A stretch of 64,000 nucleotides of DNA, taken from positions 11,394 to 75,393 of the forward strand of contig CAZVAD010000001.1 in NCBI GenBank assembly GCA_964624645.1. The letters run 5' to 3'. The translations under genes were made by a program, and so were the position numbers. This DNA is from an uncultured Mariniphaga sp. GTDB taxonomy: Bacteria > Bacteroidota > Bacteroidia > Bacteroidales > Prolixibacteraceae. Under the pieces are notes generated by a model that saw only the letters and a list, made by a program, of their open reading frames with translations, ran no database searches and was not told where the DNA came from. Position 1 is the first letter of the stretch. Each line of letters starts with the position of its first letter. Shown here piece by piece: positions 28,688-40,275 of the stretch.

Positions 28688-30858
28688 AGTCTGATATTGT
28701 ATTTCAACTTTATTCTGAGTGCACTTTCATCTAAGAAAAATAATTTCTCATTTTTCAGAAAACGTGAATTCCACGCTACGATGATTTCGTTTCCGGGTTT
28801 CAGAATCCAGTGGAACCGGGATTGCCATCCTGCAATTTTGCTGGCATTGTCATATTGCAGAAAGTTGTAGAGTGTGATATCCGGGCTGAATAGAATGTTT
28901 GCATTGAGCTGGTAGATATTTGCCGTGAAGTTTCCCCCTGGAAGTTCTGCCCGGTTTTGAATGAATGCTCCGCCAATGAAAAAGGGCACTGCCACTTTCC
29001 AGTTTGCTTTCAGCTTAATATCCCGGCGACTGCCGTCATAAAACTCCCCGAATCCGTAGGCCGCTTCGCCCCAGAGGTTTCGCGCGCCTTTGGTTGTCAA
29101 ATCAAACTGGTGACGCCACCAGGTATATGCGTTTGCCTTTATTTGAATATTTTCAAAAATATTGAAATTTTCATACAGCTGTTCAAATTGATTGATCAGT
29201 GAATAGCTTATCGCTTCTCCTGAGAAAAATCGGAGCCCGAGAGGTTTAATTTTCAGTTCTGCCGTTTCAGGCTCTCCTGTTTCAAGGTTTTTTATGTTGT
29301 TAAAGGAACCGCCGGTCATCACCTGCATAATTCCCCATTTTCCGGGGCGGGGGGCAAGCTCAAATTCTCCATAGTTCTCCTTGATGTTGGTGCGTGGAAC
29401 AAACCCCATCCCTGCAACAAAGTTTTTCCCGATTTCATGGTATCCGAGTCTTGCTTTCACAAGGTCGTTGGGGTAGGAGAACTGGCCTCCCCAGGCGCTG
29501 TCGTCTTCTTTCATTCCGCCAGTATTCGATTTCAGTCCGAAAAAATGGAGTGAAGCATTTTTGTTTTGTTGAAATGTTGAGGTGGACAGTTTCAGGTCGG
29601 CGCCAATTACCAAATTGGAAGAGTCGGAAAGGGTATTCCCGTAGGTTCCGATAATTCCTGCGGACGACTGTTTTCCAATATTATGGGAAACACGCATCAC
29701 CGAAAAATTGTGATTTTTCGTCTGACGATCATCGTTGATGTGCAGCAGTCCGATGTTCCAGTTTTTGTGCTGCCCGGTCAATTTTCCGCCAAAATTGATG
29801 GGAATGGGTAACCCGTTTTCATCAAGTCCCATTCTTCGGGAAAAAAACGGAATGATTCGTTTTGCCACAGGACTTTCATCATCGCCTTCAATGCCAAACT
29901 GGAAATAACCGGCGCCATTCAGGAAAAAGTTTCGCTTTTCAGGAAAATGAAGGCTGAAGCGGGTAAGGTTGATCTGGCGGTCATCCACTTCGGTTTCTGC
30001 AAAATCGGTATTTATAGTTAGCGACGAGCGCAGATTTGGCGTTATCTGATAAAACAGATCGACACCACCGGTGAGTTTTGGCTCGCTTTTTTCCCCTTTT
30101 CCGGAATTGAGGCCTGCAACAACATATGGGGATATATCCAGGCCGATACCCTGGGTCATGCCTTCCATTCCATCCAGAATTGCTGCATCGGAAACCTGAA
30201 ACCGGTGGGTGTTCAGGTTGGCAACAGGCCAGTAGGAGGACTCAATATTGCTCACAATGTGGCGGATGAACTTGATTCCCCATTTTGTATTCGATTTGTC
30301 GAACCCTAATGATTTGAACGGAATGGCAATTTCTGCTTCCCACCCCCAGTCTCTGATGCCCGCTTTTCCTGTCCAAAGGCCATCCCATTCCTTATTGAAT
30401 GCAGCGCCGTTTTCGCTGATCAGCGCATCGCCGATTGAGCCGCGCGGCCCAATCTGAAACCAGTATCCGTTGCGTTTGTCATTGTAGGTGTCCAGAATAA
30501 TCTGAATCCGGTCGTCGTTGCCTAAGCTCACATCCCGCGCCATCTCCTTGGCGGTGATTTTTCCCGGTTCATCCCAGCATTTCACGGCAAAATAGATATT
30601 GTGCTCATCGTAGCAAACCAAAAACTCCGTTTTTTGGGAAACCGGAGCTCCCGGATTCGGTTCGCGCTGATAAAAATCGCTTACGACAAATGCTTCATTC
30701 CAGACCTCTTCCGAAACATTCCCGTCAATATGCGGAGGCGAACTGACTTTTATAGCCTGTATTGCCGGCTGCGCAGATGCCACGGCAGCAACAGACAAAA
30801 AGATGAAAAACAAGTAAAGCTTTGCATTCAAGCCATAAGAAATTAAAGTGCAGGCCAA
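28684..30858 (-). CDS. CBM9-like / DUF5916 family exported protein
   Basis: N-terminal carbohydrate-binding-family-9-like region (PPHIDGNVSEEVWNEA...NIYFAVKCWD...WEAEIAIPFKSL) followed by a long beta-rich region. It is a paralog of 42065-44677. There is no in-frame ATG at the N-terminus; the TTG candidates are 30858 and 30831. Confidence 0.7.
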   Translation of the reverse strand: MACTLISYGLNAKLYLFFIFLSVAAVASAQPAIQAIKVSSPPHIDGNVSEEVWNEAFVVSDFYQREPNPGAPVSQKTEFLVCYDEHNIYFAVKCWDEPGKITAKEMARDVSLGNDDRIQIILDTYNDKRNGYWFQIGPRGSIGDALISENGAAFNKEWDGLWTGKAGIRDWGWEAEIAIPFKSLGFDKSNTKWGIKFIRHIVSNIESSYWPVANLNTHRFQVSDAAILDGMEGMTQGIGLDISPYVVAGLNSGKGEKSEPKLTGGVDLFYQITPNLRSSLTINTDFAETEVDDRQINLTRFSLHFPEKRNFFLNGAGYFQFGIEGDDESPVAKRIIPFFSRRMGLDENGLPIPINFGGKLTGQHKNWNIGLLHINDDRQTKNHNFSVMRVSHNIGKQSSAGIIGTYGNTLSDSSNLVIGADLKLSTSTFQQNKNASLHFFGLKSNTGGMKEDDSAWGGQFSYPNDLVKARLGYHEIGKNFVAGMGFVPRTNIKENYGEFELAPRPGKWGIMQVMTGGSFNNIKNLETGEPETAELKIKPLGLRFFSGEAISYSLINQFEQLYENFNIFENIQIKANAYTWWRHQFDLTTKGARNLWGEAAYGFGEFYDGSRRDIKLKANWKVAVPFFIGGAFIQNRAELPGGNFTANIYQLNANILFSPDITLYNFLQYDNASKIAGWQSRFHWILKPGNEIIVAWNSRFLKNEKLFFLDESALRIKLKYNIRL

Positions 30859-31021
30859 AAGTAAGGAAAAATTTTTCAGTTGCTAACAAACAGATGATTC
30901 AGAAAAGAATAAAAACTTCCGTGAATCCCTGTTTGGAAATTGCTTGCCCGGGTGCTTTTAACGTTTTGGAATAAAGTGTATTTTAATTTTCTGTTTGATG
31001 CCTTGAAGTTGGTTTCTTTTT

Positions 31022-31029
31022 TATTTTTG
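31022..31029 (+). promoter_or_regulatory. -7 box (TATTTTTG) upstream of the cupin gene
   Basis: Exact TAnnTTTG ending 15 nt before the ATG at 31045. Confidence 0.4.
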
Positions 31030-31044
31030 CAAAAAATCAAAACA

Positions 31045-31311
31045 ATGAGAATAGAGATTGAACAACCCGACCATGACGAGTTGGAGGAAGCCGGTGTTTT
31101 CGACTGGCCCGTATGGGAGCATGATGAAGATAAATTTGACTGGTATTTCGATAAAACAGAACATTGTTATATTATTGAAGGAGTGGCAGACATTGTTTCC
31201 GAATTTGATACGATAACAGTGAAGCCCGGCGATTATCTGATTTTTCCGGCAGGACTTGAATGCGTATGGGATATCCGGTCAAAAATCCGGAAGCATTACA
31301 GTTTTGAGTAA
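31045..31311 (+). CDS. cupin domain protein (DUF861/cupin_3-like)
   Basis: 88 aa with the pattern VFDWPVWEHD...FDWYFDKTEHCYIIEG...GDYLIFPAGLECVWDI. I prefer the ATG at 31045 over the upstream TTG at 30940. Confidence 0.65.
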   Translation: MRIEIEQPDHDELEEAGVFDWPVWEHDEDKFDWYFDKTEHCYIIEGVADIVSEFDTITVKPGDYLIFPAGLECVWDIRSKIRKHYSFE

Positions 31312-31512
31312 TGCACTAAATCTTTGGGATAAATTGCCCTGTTTGCCGGGGAGCTGCCGAAACTTTCGCAATGCTCCGGTTTTGTCCGTTTTACACCAGA
31401 AACCATCCGGAATCTTTTTTCAAAAGAATGTTTTTTCCTCCCGTTTTTTCGGATAACTATTGGCCATAAAAAGAATAAATCTGCTTTTTGTTGGAACCTT
31501 CCGGTTAAAGGC

Positions 31513-31520
31513 TAAATTTG
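31513..31520 (+). promoter_or_regulatory. -7 box (TAAATTTG) for sucA
   Basis: Exact TAnnTTTG about 85 nt upstream of the sucA ATG. Confidence 0.45.
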
Positions 31521-31604
31521 TAGCTGCAATGCAGGATTTCAGGAACATTTGAAATGCTGTGTTGTTTTTAATTTAATCACAATTAGGATAAATTTATTTA
31601 AGCA

Positions 31605-34337
31605 ATGGATAAATTCTCATCGGTTGGAAATCAGGAACAGGAAGCAATTGATGACCTGTATAAATTATATCTTGAAGACCCGGCAGCGCTTGATAAAAGC
31701 TGGCAGCATTTTTTTGCCGGGTTTGAACTGGCGCGCACCGGATATTCTGCTCAGGAAACTTCAGTGGTTGACCAGAATATGCAGAAAGAATTTGCTATTT
31801 TCGAGTTGATTCACAGTTACCGTCAGCGCGGGCATTTATTTACGAAAACCAATCCCGTGAGGGCGAGGCGCCAATATTCCCCGACGCTGGATATTGAAAA
31901 TTTCGGATTGTCAAAGGATGATCTGGAAACTACATTTCAGGCCGGAAAAGATATTGGCATTGGTCCTGCCAAGCTGAAGGATATTGTAGAGCACCTGGAA
32001 GCAACCTATTGCCATTCAATTGGTGTTGAATACCTTTATGTGAGGGAGCCGGAAATGGTGCAGTGGCTGAAGGAAAAGATGGAAAGCAGTCGCAATACGG
32101 GAAAGTTTTCGGATGAAAAGAGACGGGATATTTTTTATCATCTGAAAATAGCTGCCGGATTTGAGCACTTTATTCATAAAAAGTTTGTCGGGCAAAAACG
32201 CTTTTCCCTTGAGGGCGCCGAGAGCTTGATTCCTGCCCTTGATGCAATCATTGAACGGGGCGCGGAATTAGGTATTGAAGAGTTTATCATTGGTATGGCT
32301 CACCGGGGAAGGCTGAATGTTCTGGCCAATATCCTTGAAAAACCGTATGAAAATATTTTCAAGGAATTTTATGGCAAAGAGTACGAGGAAGATATCTGGT
32401 TAGGTGATGTCAAATACCATTTGGGCTATGAGAACGAAGTTCAGACTGATTACGGGAAAAATGTAAAACTGAAGCTTTTGCCCAATCCTTCGCACCTTGA
32501 AGCTGTCGCTCCCATTGTTCAGGGGATGACCCGTTCGCGAATCAACTCGGTTTACGAAAGCAATTACAGCAAGGCTGCCGGAATCATTATACACGGTGAT
32601 GCGGCAATTGCAGGGCAGGGAGTGGTTTATGAAACCATTCAGATGTCGCAGCTCAACGGATACAGAACCGGAGGCACCATCCACCTTGTGGTGAACAATC
32701 AGGTGGGGTTCACAACATCTTATCTGGATGCCCGCTCAAGTACCTACAGCACCGGAGTGGCAAAAGTAACCCGCTCACCCGTTTTTCATGTGAACGGCGA
32801 CGATGTTGAAGCGATGGTTTACACCATTGAACTGGCTATGGAGTTCCGCCAGAAATTCCATACCGATGTGTTTATTGATATTCTCTGCTACCGCAAATAC
32901 GGGCACAACGAAGGAGACGAGCCTCGTTTCACTCAGCCCATGCTTTATAAAATTATTGAAAAACACCCGAATCCGCGTGATATTTATGCAGATAAACTGG
33001 AAAAACTCGGAATCATGTCTCTTGAAGAATCCAAAAAGAGAGTGAGTGATTTTGATCAGTTTCTGGAAGAAAAATATACAGAATCCGAGAAAATAGACCG
33101 GTTGAGAATCCGGAAGTTTCTGATTGATGAATATGCGAAATATGAGATGCCGAGCAAATCCATGTTTCATCAATCTGTGGAGACAGGGGTTCCGGCAAAA
33201 ACAATTTTTAAAATTGCCGATTCTATAAACAGTTTGCCCGAAGACCGTACTTTTTTCAAAAAAGTAAACCGCATTTTGTCCGACCGGCGCATTATGATGC
33301 TGGATAATCGCCTCGATTGGGCAATGGCTGAGTTGCTGGCATACGGCACATTGGTTGCAGAAGGCCACCCCGTGCGTCTGAGCGGACAGGACAGCGAACG
33401 CGGCACGTTTGCCCATCGCCATGCTTCGTTTGTGGTGGAAGGCTGTGATGAAAAATATTTTCCACTCAAACATATTTCAAAAGATCAGGCCACTTTTCAT
33501 GTCTATAATTCACCGCTTTCTGAATATGCCGTTTTGGGATTTGAGTACGGCTACGCCCTGGGAAAACCCAACGGACTGACCATTTGGGAAGCGCAGTTTG
33601 GCGATTTTGTGAACATGGCGCAGGCAATTGTGGATCAATACATCTCTTCCGCTTTTGAAAAATGGGGATTGATGAACAATCTGGTGCTTTTGCTGCCTCA
33701 CGGATACGAAGGGCAGGGACCCGAACACTCCAGCGGGCGCATTGAGCGGATTCTTGAACTGTCGGCCAACAACAACATGCAGGTAGTGATGCCGACTACG
33801 CCGGCGAATATGTTTCATCTGCTGCGCAGACAGGTGAAAATGAAAATGCGGCTGCCGCTTGTCGTTTTCACTCCCAAAAGTCTGCTGCGCCATCCTATGG
33901 TGGTTTCAACGGTTGAACACCTCGCAAAAGGTCGCTTCATGGAAATTATTGATGATCCGGATGCAGTTCCCGAACTGGTTGACAGGCTGGTGCTTACTTC
34001 CGGCAGGCTCTATTATGATTTGCTCAAGTATAAGATGGAGAACGGGCTGACCAATATAGCCATTGTGCGTCTGGAGCAGATTTTTCCGCTTCCCGTGAAA
34101 CAGATTCAGGAGATTTTGAAAAAGTACAATACCACAGATCTGATTTGGGCTCAGGATGAACCGGAAAATATGGGTGTCTGGCCTTTTTTCAACAGAAAGC
34201 TGGGAGCCTTGAATTTTAAAGTGGTTTCCCGTCCGGAAAGCGCCAGTCCGGCAGTTGGACTGATGGGAAAACATGTCAAAGAACTGGAAAAGATTTTGTC
34301 GGAAATATTTCAAAAAGAAGAAGTTGTTGTCTCTTAA
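31605..34337 (+). CDS. sucA: 2-oxoglutarate dehydrogenase E1 component
   Basis: 910 aa with E1o hallmarks (YRQRGHLFTKTNP, GMAHRGRLNVLANI, HGDAAIAGQGVVYET, LPHGYEGQGPEHSS). Confidence 0.95.
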   Translation: MDKFSSVGNQEQEAIDDLYKLYLEDPAALDKSWQHFFAGFELARTGYSAQETSVVDQNMQKEFAIFELIHSYRQRGHLFTKTNPVRARRQYSPTLDIENFGLSKDDLETTFQAGKDIGIGPAKLKDIVEHLEATYCHSIGVEYLYVREPEMVQWLKEKMESSRNTGKFSDEKRRDIFYHLKIAAGFEHFIHKKFVGQKRFSLEGAESLIPALDAIIERGAELGIEEFIIGMAHRGRLNVLANILEKPYENIFKEFYGKEYEEDIWLGDVKYHLGYENEVQTDYGKNVKLKLLPNPSHLEAVAPIVQGMTRSRINSVYESNYSKAAGIIIHGDAAIAGQGVVYETIQMSQLNGYRTGGTIHLVVNNQVGFTTSYLDARSSTYSTGVAKVTRSPVFHVNGDDVEAMVYTIELAMEFRQKFHTDVFIDILCYRKYGHNEGDEPRFTQPMLYKIIEKHPNPRDIYADKLEKLGIMSLEESKKRVSDFDQFLEEKYTESEKIDRLRIRKFLIDEYAKYEMPSKSMFHQSVETGVPAKTIFKIADSINSLPEDRTFFKKVNRILSDRRIMMLDNRLDWAMAELLAYGTLVAEGHPVRLSGQDSERGTFAHRHASFVVEGCDEKYFPLKHISKDQATFHVYNSPLSEYAVLGFEYGYALGKPNGLTIWEAQFGDFVNMAQAIVDQYISSAFEKWGLMNNLVLLLPHGYEGQGPEHSSGRIERILELSANNNMQVVMPTTPANMFHLLRRQVKMKMRLPLVVFTPKSLLRHPMVVSTVEHLAKGRFMEIIDDPDAVPELVDRLVLTSGRLYYDLLKYKMENGLTNIAIVRLEQIFPLPVKQIQEILKKYNTTDLIWAQDEPENMGVWPFFNRKLGALNFKVVSRPESASPAVGLMGKHVKELEKILSEIFQKEEVVVS

Positions 34338-34349
34338 TAAAAACCGGAA

Positions 34350-35648
34350 ATGATAGTAGAAATTAAAGTTCCCAGTCCGGGAGAATCTATTGTTGAAGTG
34401 GAAATTGGTGCATGGCTTGTAGAAAATGGCGCATGGGTTGCTAAAGATCAGGAAATTGCCGAAGTGGAATCGGATAAAGCCACCCTGACAATCATTGCGT
34501 CTCATGCCGGAAAAATTGAATTTCTTGCAGCCGAAGGCGAAGCGGTAAGTGTGGGCGCAGTTGCCTGTACCATTGATACCAGCGTAAAACCGCCGGAAGG
34601 CGTGGAAGAAAGCAAGCCTGAAGAAATTGCTGCACTTCCGGTTCAGGAGGAAACTCCTGTGGTTCAGGAAGAGGTGACAGAGAGCCGGCCTGAAATTGCC
34701 GGGGAAGAAAAACTGCCCGAAGAACAAAGTTCTCCGGGAACAGAGCAGGTGCGGGTGACGCCGTTGGCCAAAGAGCTGATGAAGGAACATGAAATTTCTG
34801 TGGAAGAGGTGCTTCAGGGACTGAAACGACTTGGCAAGAAAGAGGTCGAGGCGGTAATCAGCGCTAAAAATGCCCTGCCTGAGATTCCGGCAGTTGGCGC
34901 TCAGCCTGCACAGGCTACCCGCGAAGTGGATAAAATCCGACTGACTGCACTGCGGCGCAAATTGAGCCAGCGCCTTGTGGCTGTGAAAAATGAAACCGCC
35001 ATGCTCACCACTTTCAATGAAGTGGATATGAGCCGTGTTATAGAACTGAGAAAAAAATACCAGCAGCAATTTGTGGAGAAATATGGCTACAAATTAGGAT
35101 TCATGTCATTTTTTGCCAAAGCGGCAACGGTGGCCATGGATTTTCATCCGATGGTGAATGCACAGTTTGACACCGAGGAAATTATTTCGCCCCGTTTTGT
35201 TGATATAGGCATTGCGGTTTCCACCCCCAGAGGTTTGATGGTTCCTGTTATACGGAATACCGAGGTGAAAACGATTGCTCAGATAGAGCTGGAGATAAAG
35301 GAACTTGCCGAAAAAGCACGTAACAAAAAAATCACTGTTGATGAACTGACCGGCGGAACTTTCACCATTACCAACGGAGGCGTATTTGGTTCCCTGCTTT
35401 CTACACCGCTTATCAATCCGCCCCAGTCGGCAATTCTTGGATTGCACAATATCGTGGAGCGGCCTGTGGCAATGAACGGACAGGTGGTCATCCGCCCGAT
35501 GATGTATATCGCCTTATCTTACGATCACCGCGTCATTGACGGAAAGGATTCGGTGAGTTTTCTCCTGAAGATTAAGGAATTCATTGAAAATCCCGAACGA
35601 CTGCTGACCGGTGGAAAAGAAGCCGGAAAAGTACTGCTTGGCATTTAA
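34350..35648 (+). CDS. sucB: dihydrolipoyllysine-residue succinyltransferase (E2 of the 2-oxoglutarate dehydrogenase complex)
   Basis: Lipoyl domain VESDKATL, an Ala/Pro/Glu-rich linker, a peripheral subunit-binding domain, and the catalytic motif [10 protein letters not shown]. Confidence 0.95.
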   Translation: MIVEIKVPSPGESIVEVEIGAWLVENGAWVAKDQEIAEVESDKATLTIIASHAGKIEFLAAEGEAVSVGAVACTIDTSVKPPEGVEESKPEEIAALPVQEETPVVQEEVTESRPEIAGEEKLPEEQSSPGTEQVRVTPLAKELMKEHEISVEEVLQGLKRLGKKEVEAVISAKNALPEIPAVGAQPAQATREVDKIRLTALRRKLSQRLVAVKNETAMLTTFNEVDMSRVIELRKKYQQQFVEKYGYKLGFMSFFAKAATVAMDFHPMVNAQFDTEEIISPRFVDIGIAVSTPRGLMVPVIRNTEVKTIAQIELEIKELAEKARNKKITVDELTGGTFTITNGGVFGSLLSTPLINPPQSAILGLHNIVERPVAMNGQVVIRPMMYIALSYDHRVIDGKDSVSFLLKIKEFIENPERLLTGGKEAGKVLLGI

Positions 35649-36049
35649 TGTCTTGTGGTGAAGTTCTTTCGGTTTAACCAATATCCAACAATAAATATTG
35701 TGGTAAAAATCGTATTGGTGTGCGACAATGCCTGCCAGTCATTCCAGATGACCGGAATGAAAAGGATTGACAATTGTGCAATGACATAGAGCATTAATCC
35801 ATCCCGGTGCAGTTTCCACATTCTGATGGCACCGGTGAGTGAGAGCGCATAAAGCGCCATCAAAAGAGTGAAATATGCCGGTGAAAGCGCTTCGGTTGTG
35901 TGCCATGATGAATACTCGACAATAAGCTCAGTTGTTTTTTCAAAAAAGAGAGATGCCAGGAAATAGCCAAAAAATCCAATGCTGCTGCCCATAAATGTGA
36001 GCAGGCATAAAGCGCTTAAAAAAGGGGGACGTCGCATTACTTTTTTCAA
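35645..36049 (-). CDS. hypothetical membrane protein (about 4 TM segments)
   Basis: 134 aa with four hydrophobic segments. Its stop region overlaps the sucB stop by 4 nt in convergent orientation. Confidence 0.45.
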   Translation of the reverse strand: MKKVMRRPPFLSALCLLTFMGSSIGFFGYFLASLFFEKTTELIVEYSSWHTTEALSPAYFTLLMALYALSLTGAIRMWKLHRDGLMLYVIAQLSILFIPVIWNDWQALSHTNTIFTTIFIVGYWLNRKNFTTRH

Positions 36050-36131
36050 TCGTTTAAATCTTTTAAAATTAACTGTTCAAAAATAGTGAGTTTTCCCGGA
36101 TATAATTTCCCATGACTTTTTTAAAATATTA

Positions 36132-36139
36132 TACCTTTG
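36132..36139 (+). promoter_or_regulatory. -7 box (TACCTTTG) for glyA
   Basis: Exact TAnnTTTG 27 nt upstream of the ATG at 36167. Confidence 0.45.
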
Positions 36140-36166
36140 GCGATTGTTTTCAAAATTTACGCAAAA

Positions 36167-37447
36167 ATGGAAAGAGATTCACTGATTTTTGAGATTATCA
36201 AAAAGGAACATGAGCGGCAATTGAACGGGATTGAGTTGATTGCTTCAGAAAATTTCGTGAGCAATCAGGTTATGGAAGCGATGGGTTCCGTATTGACCAA
36301 CAAATATGCCGAGGGTTATCCCGGGCGCAGGTATTACGGAGGTTGCCAGTTTGTGGATCAGTCTGAGCAACTGGCCATTGACCGCCTGAATAAATTATTT
36401 GGCGCTGAGTGGTCGAATGTACAGCCTCATTCGGGAGCACAGGCCAATGCGGCAGTTTTAAGTGTTATTCTGAATCCGGGAGATACATTCATGGGCTTTG
36501 ATCTTTCCCATGGCGGACATCTTTCGCACGGTTCGCCGGTGAATAGTTCGGGAATACTCTATAACCCGGTAGGGTATCGCGTGAATGAAGAAACAGGACA
36601 GGTGGATTATGATGAAATGGAATCCCTGGCCACCGGGCACAGGCCAAAGCTGATTATTGCCGGCGCTTCTGCCTATAGCCGCGAATGGGATTACCGGAGA
36701 ATGCGCGAAATAGCTGACCGGGTTGGCGCGCTACTTATGGTCGATATGGCTCACCCGGCTGGGTTGATTGCTGCTGGGTTACTGGATAATCCGCTGAAAT
36801 ATGCTCATGTTGTGACCTCTACAACGCACAAAACCCTCCGTGGGCCACGGGGTGGAATCATTTTAATGGGTAAGGATTTTGAAAATCCCTGGGGCGTTAA
36901 AACTCCCAAAGGTGTAGTTCGCTCGATGTCCTCGCTTTTTGATTCTTCAGTTTTTCCGGGGCATCAGGGCGGGCCGCTGGAACATGTCATTGCAGCCAAA
37001 GCCGTTGCATTCCATGAAGCGCTTGCTCCCGAATTCACCGAATATCAGACACAGGTTCTGAAAAACTCACGCGCCATGGCAAAGGCATTTATTGACCTGG
37101 GGTACAAAGTGATTTCCGGCGGTACGGATAACCATTCCATGCTCATTGATCTGCGTACGAAATTTCCGGATATCACCGGAAGACAGGTGGAGAATGCTCT
37201 GGTGCAGGCAGAAATTACCGTGAATAAAAATATGGTTCCGTTTGACAGCCGTTCGCCGTTCCAGACTTCAGGCCTGCGCCTCGGAACGCCGGCCATCACA
37301 ACCCGCGGGGTAAAGGAAAATCTGATGCCGGTGATTGTGGAGATGATAGACCATGTGATTTCAAATATTGACAACGATAAAATCATTCGGGCAACAGGTG
37401 AAAAGGTGCATCAGCTGATGAAAGACTTTCCACTTTTTGCCTACTGA
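36167..37447 (+). CDS. glyA: serine hydroxymethyltransferase
   Basis: PLP-lysine motif [16 protein letters not shown] and the N-terminal ELIASENF. I prefer the ATG at 36167 over the TTG at 36137. Confidence 0.95.
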   Translation: MERDSLIFEIIKKEHERQLNGIELIASENFVSNQVMEAMGSVLTNKYAEGYPGRRYYGGCQFVDQSEQLAIDRLNKLFGAEWSNVQPHSGAQANAAVLSVILNPGDTFMGFDLSHGGHLSHGSPVNSSGILYNPVGYRVNEETGQVDYDEMESLATGHRPKLIIAGASAYSREWDYRRMREIADRVGALLMVDMAHPAGLIAAGLLDNPLKYAHVVTSTTHKTLRGPRGGIILMGKDFENPWGVKTPKGVVRSMSSLFDSSVFPGHQGGPLEHVIAAKAVAFHEALAPEFTEYQTQVLKNSRAMAKAFIDLGYKVISGGTDNHSMLIDLRTKFPDITGRQVENALVQAEITVNKNMVPFDSRSPFQTSGLRLGTPAITTRGVKENLMPVIVEMIDHVISNIDNDKIIRATGEKVHQLMKDFPLFAY

Positions 37448-37477
37448 TAATTTTCCTGCTCTTGCAGTTGAATTCTC

Positions 37478-38083
37478 TTATTTGTTCAGCCAATTGCCGT
37501 AATTGATGTGTGGCCGGACATCCGTAACAATCATCCCTGCGCTTCTGGCTGCTTCAATTCCCAGGTCGCCATCTTCAAAAACCTGACATAAAGCAGGTTC
37601 AACCCCCATAATCCGTGCACATTCCAAAAAAGTATCGGGATAGGGTTTGTGGCGGGTAACGTCGTTCGACGTAACCACGGCGTCAAAACAGTTGGTAATG
37701 CCTAACTGCCTCAACTGAATTTCGGTACTCTTCCGGCTTGCCCCGGTACCAACGGCCAGCGGCAGTTTCCCGTAATATTCTTTGACGATGGAGAGGATTT
37801 CTTCCACAGGAACGAGTAATTCAGCAGAATTCCAGAATGAACTTTGCTTTAACTCCACGATTTTTTCCGGCTCAACGGTAAGGTTATATTCATCCACAAT
37901 CCTGCGGGCAAACGCTATGGTGGAACGTCCGGTCATTTCAGCCATAATCTGCGGATCAAACTTAAATCCGAACATTTCGCCGATTGCATTCCAGTTGGCC
38001 AGATGTAGCGGCAAGGAATCGGAAAGTGTGCCGTCAAGGTCAAAAATAAGCCCCCGGACATCAGGATGAACTTGTAAACCCAT
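37478..38083 (-). CDS. HAD-family hydrolase (beta-phosphoglucomutase-like subfamily IA)
   Basis: Motif I LIFDLDGTLSDS. Downstream VGTGAS and FEDGDLGIEAA motifs. Confidence 0.85.
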   Translation of the reverse strand: MGLQVHPDVRGLIFDLDGTLSDSLPLHLANWNAIGEMFGFKFDPQIMAEMTGRSTIAFARRIVDEYNLTVEPEKIVELKQSSFWNSAELLVPVEEILSIVKEYYGKLPLAVGTGASRKSTEIQLRQLGITNCFDAVVTSNDVTRHKPYPDTFLECARIMGVEPALCQVFEDGDLGIEAARSAGMIVTDVRPHINYGNWLNK

Positions 38084-38210
38084 TGTTTTTGCTTTTTCTC
38101 AAAAGTACTATTTAAGAGGGAATTACTCTCCAAAATTACGAACTCCGAAGAATATTTAAGGCTCTGTTAAACCCTGTAAGGAAACTGCGTTTACTCACGA
38201 AATATTCCGG

Positions 38211-39743
38211 TTATAAAGGAATATTCCCGTGTTTGCGCGGAGGGTTGGTTTTTCTTTTGTTTTTGGTCATCTCCAGTGCGCCGATTATTTTTCTCCGGGT
38301 GTCCTTCGGATAAATGATTTCATCGATATAACCCAATGATGCGGCTGTGTATGGATTTGCAAATTTTTCGCGGTATGCGATGACTGCATCTGCCCGCTCT
38401 TCCTCAGATTTGTTTCGGTGCAGGATATTTACCGCCCCTTCAGGCCCCATGACGGCAATTTCGGCTGTCGGGTATGCAAAATTCACATCGCCGCCAATAT
38501 GTTTGCTCGACATGACATCGTATGCGCCGCCATACGCTTTGCGGGTAATAATAGTGATTTTCGGGACGGTGGCTTCCGAAAAAGCATAGAGAAGCTTGGC
38601 GCCATGCTTGATAATACCGCCAAACTCCTGAGTTGTTCCGGGCAGGAATCCGGGAACATCCACAAAGGTTATGAGCGGAATATTGAATGCATCGCAAAAA
38701 CGGACGAAGCGTGCCGCCTTGACCGACGAATTGATGTCCAGCACCCCGGCAAGGTTTGCCGGCTGATTTGCAACAATGCCTACCGGATTGCCTGCAAATC
38801 TTGCAAACCCGCAAATGATATTTTTAGCATAATTGGGCTGAACTTCCAGAAAATGATGGTTGTCAATCACATTCAGGATAATATCGTGCATATCATAAGG
38901 TTTGTTCGGATCTGCGGGAATCAGTTCCTGGAGCGCTTCTTCCACCCGGTCAGAGGGGTCAATGGTGGTTTTTACCGGCACGTCTTCCATATTGTTTGAC
39001 GGCAAAAAGCTGATCAGCTCCCTGATCATCATCAGCACCTGTTCCTCATCATCACCGGTGAAATGGGCCACGCCACTTTTGGAGCTGTGGGTGAGCGCTC
39101 CGCCTAAGTCTTCTTTGGAGACATCTTCGTGCGTCACCGTTTTAATCACTTCGGGACCGGTTACAAACATGTAGCTTTTTTCATTCACCATGAAAATGAA
39201 ATCGGTGAGGGCAGGGGAATAGACAGCGCCGCCGGCGCACGGGCCAAGAATAGCGGAAATCTGCGGGATGACACCCGATGAAATGACATTGTTGTAAAAT
39301 ATGTCAGCATAGCCGGCAAGGCTTTCAACCCCCTCCTGGATGCGTGCGCCGCCCGAATCGTTCAGCCCGATTACAGGCGCTCCCATCTGCAGCGCCAGCT
39401 TTTGTATCTTGACAATCTTGTCAGCATTTGCGCGGCTGAGTGAGCCGCCGTAAACCGTGAAATCCTGTGCAAAAACATAAACCAGTTTACCGTTGATCTT
39501 TCCGTAGCCGGTAACTACTCCGTCTCCGGGAAACACTTGTTCCTGTTTTTCAGAATCTCTGTTTCTTGGTGTTACCAATTTGTCAATTTCAGTAAATGAA
39601 CCGGGGTCAAGCAGCAACAGAACACGCTCACGGGCAGTTTTTTTTCCTGCGGCATGTTGTTTTTCAATGCGCTCTTTCCCCCCTCCCAGCTCAGCCTCCT
39701 GATTATACTGGTCGAGCCGGATATATTTTGTGGTTAAATCCAT
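38211..39743 (-). CDS. acyl-CoA carboxylase carboxyltransferase (beta) subunit
   Basis: Propionyl-CoA carboxylase beta / methylmalonyl-CoA carboxyltransferase family ([34 protein letters not shown]). I prefer the ATG at 39743 over the TTG at 39770. Confidence 0.9.
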   Translation of the reverse strand: MDLTTKYIRLDQYNQEAELGGGKERIEKQHAAGKKTARERVLLLLDPGSFTEIDKLVTPRNRDSEKQEQVFPGDGVVTGYGKINGKLVYVFAQDFTVYGGSLSRANADKIVKIQKLALQMGAPVIGLNDSGGARIQEGVESLAGYADIFYNNVISSGVIPQISAILGPCAGGAVYSPALTDFIFMVNEKSYMFVTGPEVIKTVTHEDVSKEDLGGALTHSSKSGVAHFTGDDEEQVLMMIRELISFLPSNNMEDVPVKTTIDPSDRVEEALQELIPADPNKPYDMHDIILNVIDNHHFLEVQPNYAKNIICGFARFAGNPVGIVANQPANLAGVLDINSSVKAARFVRFCDAFNIPLITFVDVPGFLPGTTQEFGGIIKHGAKLLYAFSEATVPKITIITRKAYGGAYDVMSSKHIGGDVNFAYPTAEIAVMGPEGAVNILHRNKSEEERADAVIAYREKFANPYTAASLGYIDEIIYPKDTRRKIIGALEMTKNKRKTNPPRKHGNIPL

Positions 39744-39756
39744 GTGAAAAAATGAT

Positions 39757-40266
39757 TTATTCGATTTCAATCAGAGTTTGATTGCCTTCAATGGTATCTC
39801 CCTCCTTTACATTAATTTTTTTAATGATTCCATCAATGGGAACCTTGTATTCACTCTCCATCTTCATGGCAGAAATGACGATTGCATTGTCTCCCTGACG
39901 AACAACATCTCCTTCGCGGACAAGAATTTTTACCACCTTGCCTGGCATGGGAGAGAAAATTGTTTTTTCGTTTGTTGCAGCGCCGTTGGAGCCGCGGTTA
40001 ATCAGGTAACGCGCTTCGGCATCTATGACTTCCACATTGAACCTGTCGTAGAGGGTATATGCTACATATTTTTTGGGCTGTGCCTGCGGAACAAGCTCAA
40101 TATTGTATGACCTTCCGCTTTCAATAATGGAAAAAGTGCCGCTGGCGGTATGCAGTAAATCAACATGATAAACTTTGCCGTCCACTTCAATTTCAAGCAG
40201 ATTTCCATCCTGGCTGAGCAGGTTCACCCAGCAGGTGCGATTATTAATTTTTATTTCAACCGGCAT
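39757..40266 (-). CDS. biotin carboxyl carrier (biotin/lipoyl attachment) protein
   Basis: C-terminal biotinyl domain with the biotinylation motif [10 protein letters not shown]. Confidence 0.85.
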   Translation of the reverse strand: MPVEIKINNRTCWVNLLSQDGNLLEIEVDGKVYHVDLLHTASGTFSIIESGRSYNIELVPQAQPKKYVAYTLYDRFNVEVIDAEARYLINRGSNGAATNEKTIFSPMPGKVVKILVREGDVVRQGDNAIVISAMKMESEYKVPIDGIIKKINVKEGDTIEGNQTLIEIE

Positions 40267-40275
40267 AACTCTCTT

